A DNA stretch of 64,000 nucleotides from an uncultured Parachlamydiaceae bacterium. Its GTDB lineage: Bacteria; Chlamydiota; Chlamydiia; Chlamydiales; Parachlamydiaceae. The position numbers and the translations under genes were made by a program. The notes under the pieces are model-generated. The model worked only from the letters and a program-made list of their open reading frames with translations, did no database searches and had not been told where the DNA came from. The stretch spans positions 1,088,001 through 1,152,000 of the forward strand of contig CAVULX010000004.1 of assembly GCA_963742415.1 (NCBI GenBank), given 5' to 3'. Below are positions 58,874 to 64,000 of the stretch, piece by piece (the stretch's first letter is position 1; each line of letters starts with the position of its first letter).

Positions 58874-60766
58874 ATGAATCAAACCGTCTATTCTCTACGT
58901 AAATCAAAAAAAATCCTTATCCATAGCTACAGCTTTTACAAAACAAAAGGGGACTCCCTCAACGCTTCTCAACTTGCAGACTTGGAAGCTACCTTAGCCG
59001 CCTGCGATGAAGCTTGCTTAAGTAAAAACAGGGAAAAAGCCAGCGAACTTTCTCAAAAGCTGGAACTATTCGTTAATGAACACTTCAAAAAAACCCCTTT
59101 ATACTATGCCAAGGAATTGATTTTTGCTTTGATTATAGCTCTAGCCATCGCCGTCATCGTAAGGCAAACATGGTTCGAACTCTACGAAATTCCCACCGGC
59201 TCAATGCGCCCTACTTTCAAAGAGCAAGACCGCCTTACAGTTTCAAAAACTCAGTTCGGCATCAACATTCCCCTACGAACTGAACACTTTTATTTTGACC
59301 CCTCCCTTGTCCAACGCACCGGCATCGTGATCTGGTCCGGCGATGGGATCCCCCTGCCCGATACAGACACAACTTACTTTGGCATTTTCCCCTACAAAAA
59401 AAGGTATGTTAAACGGCTCATCGGCAAACCGGGCGATTTTTTGTATTTTTATGGGGGAAAAATCTATGGGATCGACAAAAAAGGGAACCCTATTGAAGAG
59501 CTTCTCAACAGCCCCTGGCTAGAAAAAATCGAGTATGTTCCTTTTATGACTTTTGAAGGAAACCTTGTCAATCCATCCCACGGTGTTCTGCAATTTGAGC
59601 AAATGAGGCAACCTATTGGCCGCCTTACTTTTACTCCAAAAGGGGAATGGATCGGAGAAGTTTACGACAGGGACACATGGATCAAAGATCAGCCAGCCGA
59701 ACAAGCCGTTCCTCACGAACGCATCAAGGCCTTTTCTGATTTCCTTGGCATTCGTAATTATGCCATGGCCCGCTTACTCACAAAAAATGAACTAAAACAA
59801 TACCCAGACATCGACTCTTCCGGCCTGCCTGAAGGGGTCTTATACCTTGAACTTGCTCACCATCCTAGCCTCACCTACCCCAAACCTTTTATTCGTAAAA
59901 ATCAAAGCATCCTCAGTATCGCCCTCAACCCTCTAACGAGTATTATCCCGCTGCAGCAGAAGCATTTGGATGCTCTAATGAACAACATGTACACCTCCCG
60001 TTTTGAAGTTGAAGGTGGGCGGGCAAAGCGATATCAAGTCAATGAACAACCTGTAAATGCAACAAACCCCCGTTTTCCTGGTATTCCCGACGGGAAATAT
60101 GAATTCTATTACGGCAAGGGTGTGAAAATTGGATGGCAGGGGACGACCTCTTCCCTTTCTTCCGATCACCCTCTCTATAGCCATGACCCTGCAAATGTTC
60201 AAAATCTTTATAACTATGGGATTGATTTCAGCACCTATTTCGAACCCAAACCTTCAAACACCACCTTTTATCCACGCCGGTATGCCTATTTTCGGGATGG
60301 CGACCTATACCTCTTAGGCGCTCCTATCTTGAAAAAAGAGGACCCCATACTCAAAGATTTTCTTGCCAGAGAAGAGCAGCGGCAAAAACAGTCCTCGGAA
60401 TCCCGCCCATATACCCCTTTTAAGGATTACGGTCCCCCAATAAAGGAGGGGAAAATCGATGCCGGTTTTATTAAAGCTTTTGGAGTTGAAATTCCTGCTA
60501 AAAATTACCTTGTCTTAGGAGATAACCACTCGGTAAGTTCCGACAGCCGGATTTTCGGATTCCTTCCCCAGGAAAACCTTCAAGGTGTTCCAGATCTTAT
60601 CATTTGGCCCCCCCAAGATATGGGCCGCCCCGCACAAAAGCCATATCCTGTTTTTACTACACCCCGCCTCACCATTTGGGCTCTTGTGATTTTGATTGCC
60701 ATTGGATTTTATCTATTTGATCGTCATCGGATGCAAAAACCTGTCTTCAAAAAAATCGAACGGTAA
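58874..60766 (+). CDS. lepB: Signal peptidase I, long chlamydial form
   Basis: YEIPTGSMRPT, YVKRLIGKPGD and VLGDNHSVSSDSRIFG motifs. Confidence 0.95.
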   Translation: MNQTVYSLRKSKKILIHSYSFYKTKGDSLNASQLADLEATLAACDEACLSKNREKASELSQKLELFVNEHFKKTPLYYAKELIFALIIALAIAVIVRQTWFELYEIPTGSMRPTFKEQDRLTVSKTQFGINIPLRTEHFYFDPSLVQRTGIVIWSGDGIPLPDTDTTYFGIFPYKKRYVKRLIGKPGDFLYFYGGKIYGIDKKGNPIEELLNSPWLEKIEYVPFMTFEGNLVNPSHGVLQFEQMRQPIGRLTFTPKGEWIGEVYDRDTWIKDQPAEQAVPHERIKAFSDFLGIRNYAMARLLTKNELKQYPDIDSSGLPEGVLYLELAHHPSLTYPKPFIRKNQSILSIALNPLTSIIPLQQKHLDALMNNMYTSRFEVEGGRAKRYQVNEQPVNATNPRFPGIPDGKYEFYYGKGVKIGWQGTTSSLSSDHPLYSHDPANVQNLYNYGIDFSTYFEPKPSNTTFYPRRYAYFRDGDLYLLGAPILKKEDPILKDFLAREEQRQKQSSESRPYTPFKDYGPPIKEGKIDAGFIKAFGVEIPAKNYLVLGDNHSVSSDSRIFGFLPQENLQGVPDLIIWPPQDMGRPAQKPYPVFTTPRLTIWALVILIAIGFYLFDRHRMQKPVFKKIER

Positions 60767-60790
60767 GACTCTGCATCTTTGCGGTTATAG

Positions 60791-62089
60791 CTATAAAATA
60801 TCAGCCGCAATAGCAGCCAATTCCGACCGTTCAGTTTTATCTAAAAAGATATGCCCGAAAATTTTATGGTCGCTAAATCTGCCCACAGTATAAGTCAAGC
60901 CATTTGAATCCTTATCAAGATAAGGATTGTCAATTTGAGTCGGATCCCCTGTCAAAATCACTTTGGTTCCTTCTCCAGCCCTAGATATCACAGTTTTAAT
61001 CTCATGAGGGGTCAAATTCTGGGCTTCATCGACAATGATAAACATTTTGGGCAAAGAGCGCCCCCTAATGTAAGTCACCGCCTCCATTTCGATTTTCTTA
61101 CTTTCCATAACCCATCTGAGAGTTTCATTCATCTCCCCACCCGAAGAATCACAGAGAAATTCCAAATTATCGAAGATCGGTTGCATCCAATTTAAGAGCT
61201 TTTCTTCTTTGGTTCCAGGGAGATACCCAATATCTCTTCCTAATGGAACCACAGGGCGGCTGACCAAGATCCGCGTATAAGTTCCCTCGTCAAAAACTTT
61301 TCGCAAGCCACACGCTAAAGCTAAAAGCGTTTTGCCCGTTCCTGCAGGACCTATCAACGTCACCAATTTCACATCATCGCGGAGGAGAATATCAACTGCA
61401 CACTTTTGCTCGACATTTCTGGGTTTAATCCCCCATAAATTGGCTTGTTTCAGCAAAGGTTCCACTTGCTGCTTATGGGGATCGAACTTTCCAACCGCAG
61501 AGGAATGCTCCAAAGAAGTCATAATGCAGTATTCATTCGGTTTGAAATCTACATTCGATAAATTCAAGATCCCATCTTTATAAAAAACATCCACCTCGTG
61601 CTTGCTAACTTCAATCTTTTTGATCCCCCGATACATCCCCTCGTAGGAATATTTCAAATTTTTATAATCTTGCGCTTCTAACCCTATGGCTTCGGCTTTA
61701 ATCCTTGCAGCAAAATCTTTGGAAACAAAAACAACGTTTTCACCTCGCTCTTGCAAGAGAAAAGCCGCCATGATAATCCGGTTATCATTGAGCGAGAGCG
61801 CAAGAACATGGGTGTGATCCGGTTTGATTTCTAATTGAATCCGAACGATAGCCTCATTTTCCAGCTTGATCCCCTTGTGCAGATCCCCTTTGCCAATGGT
61901 TGGCAAAGAATCCAAAAGCCGAAAAACTGCCCGGGAATTTTTCCCTAACTCATTCGGCAGTCTTTTCATTTTGTCCAACTCTTCCAGGACCGTTACTGGA
62001 ATGACAACATGATGGCGAGGAAATTTCATAAAGGATTCAGGATCATGAAGCAGGACGTTTGTGTCGATGACAAATGTTTTTTTAGCCAC
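60791..62089 (-). CDS. phoH: PIN-PhoH family protein (PhoH2/YlaK-like, CT015 homolog)
   Basis: IDTNVLLHDP PIN domain, GPAGTGKT, IRGRS, DEAQN and GDPTQID. Confidence 0.93.
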   Translation of the reverse strand: MAKKTFVIDTNVLLHDPESFMKFPRHHVVIPVTVLEELDKMKRLPNELGKNSRAVFRLLDSLPTIGKGDLHKGIKLENEAIVRIQLEIKPDHTHVLALSLNDNRIIMAAFLLQERGENVVFVSKDFAARIKAEAIGLEAQDYKNLKYSYEGMYRGIKKIEVSKHEVDVFYKDGILNLSNVDFKPNEYCIMTSLEHSSAVGKFDPHKQQVEPLLKQANLWGIKPRNVEQKCAVDILLRDDVKLVTLIGPAGTGKTLLALACGLRKVFDEGTYTRILVSRPVVPLGRDIGYLPGTKEEKLLNWMQPIFDNLEFLCDSSGGEMNETLRWVMESKKIEMEAVTYIRGRSLPKMFIIVDEAQNLTPHEIKTVISRAGEGTKVILTGDPTQIDNPYLDKDSNGLTYTVGRFSDHKIFGHIFLDKTERSELAAIAADIL

Positions 62090-62175
62090 AGCCCCTCTCT
62101 TACAAAATAATGATCAAATAAAGGAGTGTAAGCGTAGATCTTAAAACTGAAAAGAAAAATTTGAATGAATTTAAT

Positions 62176-62202
62176 TCAGCACTTGACCGCCTTGAGTGCT
62201 AA
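62176..62202. promoter_or_regulatory. CIRCE operator (HrcA binding site)
   Basis: TCAGCACTT-N9-GAGTGCTAA versus consensus TTAGCACTC-N9-GAGTGCTAA (2 mismatches, both in the left arm). Confidence 0.88.
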
Positions 62203-62208
62203 ATTCTA

Positions 62209-62237
62209 TTGACAACTCTTCTTTTATTTATTATAAT
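62209..62237 (+). promoter_or_regulatory. Consensus sigma66/sigma70 promoter
   Basis: TTGACA-N17-TATAAT, 34 nt upstream of ATG 62272. Confidence 0.9.
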
Positions 62238-62271
62238 ACAATCAAAGTAATAAAATTTGTTTAGGTGATTT

Positions 62272-63009
62272 ATGAGAATTAATTCAAAGTTTTTCAGTTT
62301 GCCTCCTTATATTTCAACTAGTTGGAATAACGTCATCGCCCTTCGCCTCAAAGACAATATCCTCAGCATTTCCTTAGCCGATGGAGACATCATTGAAATC
62401 CCAGACCTGAACAAGGAACTCATCGCCCTCATCTTTGAAGCGCATCAAACATTTCTTGAAAACGAAGTGGCCTCCGAGCGCACCCCCTCAAAAGCCTCCG
62501 AAATCAAACAAGTCAATCCACTTCCTGCTCAGGAAAACAACTCTCTAGAACACCCTTTCAAAATTGGATTTGCAACGCTCGATCATTTAGGGAGCGCTCT
62601 AGAACATAACCCTTCCCAAGCAGAAAGTCCCGAAATTCCTAAAGAAATCCTCCAAAAGATAGCTGCAATTGCCAAAATTGTTGCTCCCGAAGACCTTAGC
62701 CATTTCAAAGTAGAACCCCATTATCGGCATTGCAACTGTTTGCATTGCCAAATTTCTCGAGCCATTGAAAATGGCTCTCAAGACTTAAAAGAAAACTCTC
62801 CAGGAATATCAAACACTGTGGAGCCTTCCGTTTCTGATGAGGAGCTTCAATTCTGCCAATGGGATATCACCCAAACTGGGGAAAAAATGTATCTTGTGGC
62901 CAACCGTCTAGAGCCTGGAGAAAAGTATAGCGTCTATTTAGGGGAGCCTATCGGGTGCACTTGCGGCAAACCCGGATGTGAACACGTCTTGGCCGTCTTA
63001 AAATCTTAG
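62272..63009 (+). CDS. Conserved chlamydial protein (CT016-like) with Cys/His metal-binding motifs
   Basis: LPPYISTSW, HCNCLHCQI and SWIM-like VYLGEPIGCTCGKPGCEH; syntenic between phoH and the CT017-like gene. Confidence 0.8.
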   Translation: MRINSKFFSLPPYISTSWNNVIALRLKDNILSISLADGDIIEIPDLNKELIALIFEAHQTFLENEVASERTPSKASEIKQVNPLPAQENNSLEHPFKIGFATLDHLGSALEHNPSQAESPEIPKEILQKIAAIAKIVAPEDLSHFKVEPHYRHCNCLHCQISRAIENGSQDLKENSPGISNTVEPSVSDEELQFCQWDITQTGEKMYLVANRLEPGEKYSVYLGEPIGCTCGKPGCEHVLAVLKS

Positions 63010-63058
63010 AATAAATTGGATACACAACCGAACAGGGAAATGAGACAGAGAAGGAAAA

Positions 63059-63209
63059 AACAGGTAAGCATGATCGTAAACGGCAGGATAAGCAGGATAT
63101 TGAATAAAAAGGTTCAGGATGTGGGAATATAATTAAGTTTAAACGATTTAAAAAAAAATTTTTGTTTTATCCTGCCCATCCTGCCGTTTACAATCATTCT
63201 TATCCTGTT
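63059..63209. repeat. Family B copy 3, degenerate; a family C right arm follows at 63322-63343
   Basis: caggtaagcatgatcgtaaacggcaggataagcaggata / tatcctgcccatcctgccgtttacaatcattcttatcctgtt; tgatctcactgcctcggtggtt downstream. Confidence 0.85.
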
Positions 63210-63462
63210 GAAAAAAGTTGAGATGATGCGAAGGAATTGCGTTGCTCCTTAAAAAGATTCGTTAGTTAGTTTTAAAATTCCATTCTTACTTCTTCTTCTC
63301 CATGATCTCATGCTATCTCATTGATCTCACTGCCTCGGTGGTTAATCTGTGGTTAAATTGCGCAAATGTCGAGGGCTGCACATCAAATTTTCTTCTTCCC
63401 TCTTTCATCGACATAATTTACTATGGCAACAAAAAGCATCTAATTATTAGGAGCTCTTTGCT

Positions 63463-64000
63463 ATGCGTAAAAAAGTCATCCTATTTCTCTTCATTTGCAT
63501 CTCCCCCTTCACACTTTTTGCAGACGCTATCGGAGAGGTAAAAACCCCTGAACCTATTTCACAATCAAATACCCCTTCGGCCCCTTTTCAGGCTTTTACA
63601 GGCAAAATCACTCGCAATAAAGTGCGCCTTAGGCTACAGCCAAGCCTAGAAAGCACAATCCTCCGTGAATTCGAGAAAGGGGACCTCATCCTAGCGACCG
63701 GTGATGCCGGCGACTTTTATTCAATAAAAGCCCCGGAAACTATAAAATCTTACATCTTCCGCACCTTTGTTCTGGATAACACTGTAGAGGGGAAACATGT
63801 CAATGTTCGCCTTTACCCCGACCTCGAAGCTCCTGTCATCGCCCAGTTGAACAGTGGAGATCCCGTCGAAGGGACCATTAGCGCATTAAATAGTAAATGG
63901 CTGGAAATTCCCACTCCCGATAGCGCCCGCTTTTATGTCTGCAAAGACTACGTAGAAAATATCGGCCCCTCCTCATTATTTGCAAAATTGCAAAGACAAC
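63463..64000 (+). CDS. Bacterial SH3-domain exported protein (CT017/Ctad1-like), truncated by the window end
   Basis: Manual translation MRKKVILFLFICISPFTLFA...FTGKITRNKVRLRLQP...YIFRTFVLDNTVEGKHVNVRLYPDLEAPVIAQL; absent from the ORF track. Confidence 0.85.
   Translation, partial: MRKKVILFLFICISPFTLFADAIGEVKTPEPISQSNTPSAPFQAFTGKITRNKVRLRLQPSLESTILREFEKGDLILATGDAGDFYSIKAPETIKSYIFRTFVLDNTVEGKHVNVRLYPDLEAPVIAQLNSGDPVEGTISALNSKWLEIPTPDSARFYVCKDYVENIGPSSLFAKLQRQ

Noticed and set aside
63302..63541. 79-aa ORF in the track
   Set aside because: It starts in a repeat arm and overlaps the real SH3-domain gene starting at 63463 in another frame

Overview
A 64-kb chromosomal window from an environmental chlamydia (phylum Chlamydiota, Parachlamydiales-like). 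The assignment rests on recognisable homologs of CdsC/SctC, CT466-CtcB-CtcC, CT021-LepB and PhoH-CT016-CT017, plus a chlamydial-type RpsD. The housekeeping backbone comprises menF-D-H-B-E, sulP, der, mnmA, several peptidases, htrA, murJ, rpsD, pncAB, rlmD and lepB. It is interspersed with AT-rich orphan or effector-like genes: a FAD monooxygenase, an acyl-CoA oxidase-like protein, a GNAT-like protein and a 1332-aa coiled-coil protein. No rRNA, tRNA, CRISPR array or transposase gene was recognised. The most unusual feature is non-coding: at least seven families of palindromic intergenic elements (REP/REPIN/MITE-like). Several are nested inside one another as 'Russian-doll' composites of up to ~620 bp, with perfect 73-82-bp arms whose copy-specific variants are mirrored on both arms and with GNA-triloop mini-hairpins. 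Other notable items are an A9 frameshift in the essential der gene, a three-gene split glutamate-synthase-like operon with two FMN-type subunits, a CIRCE box next to a perfect sigma66 promoter between phoH and the CT016 homolog, a secretin outside any secretion gene cluster, and a 2OG-Fe(II) oxygenase paired with a degenerate GAMT-like methyltransferase. All gene calls come from motif recognition, not database searches.
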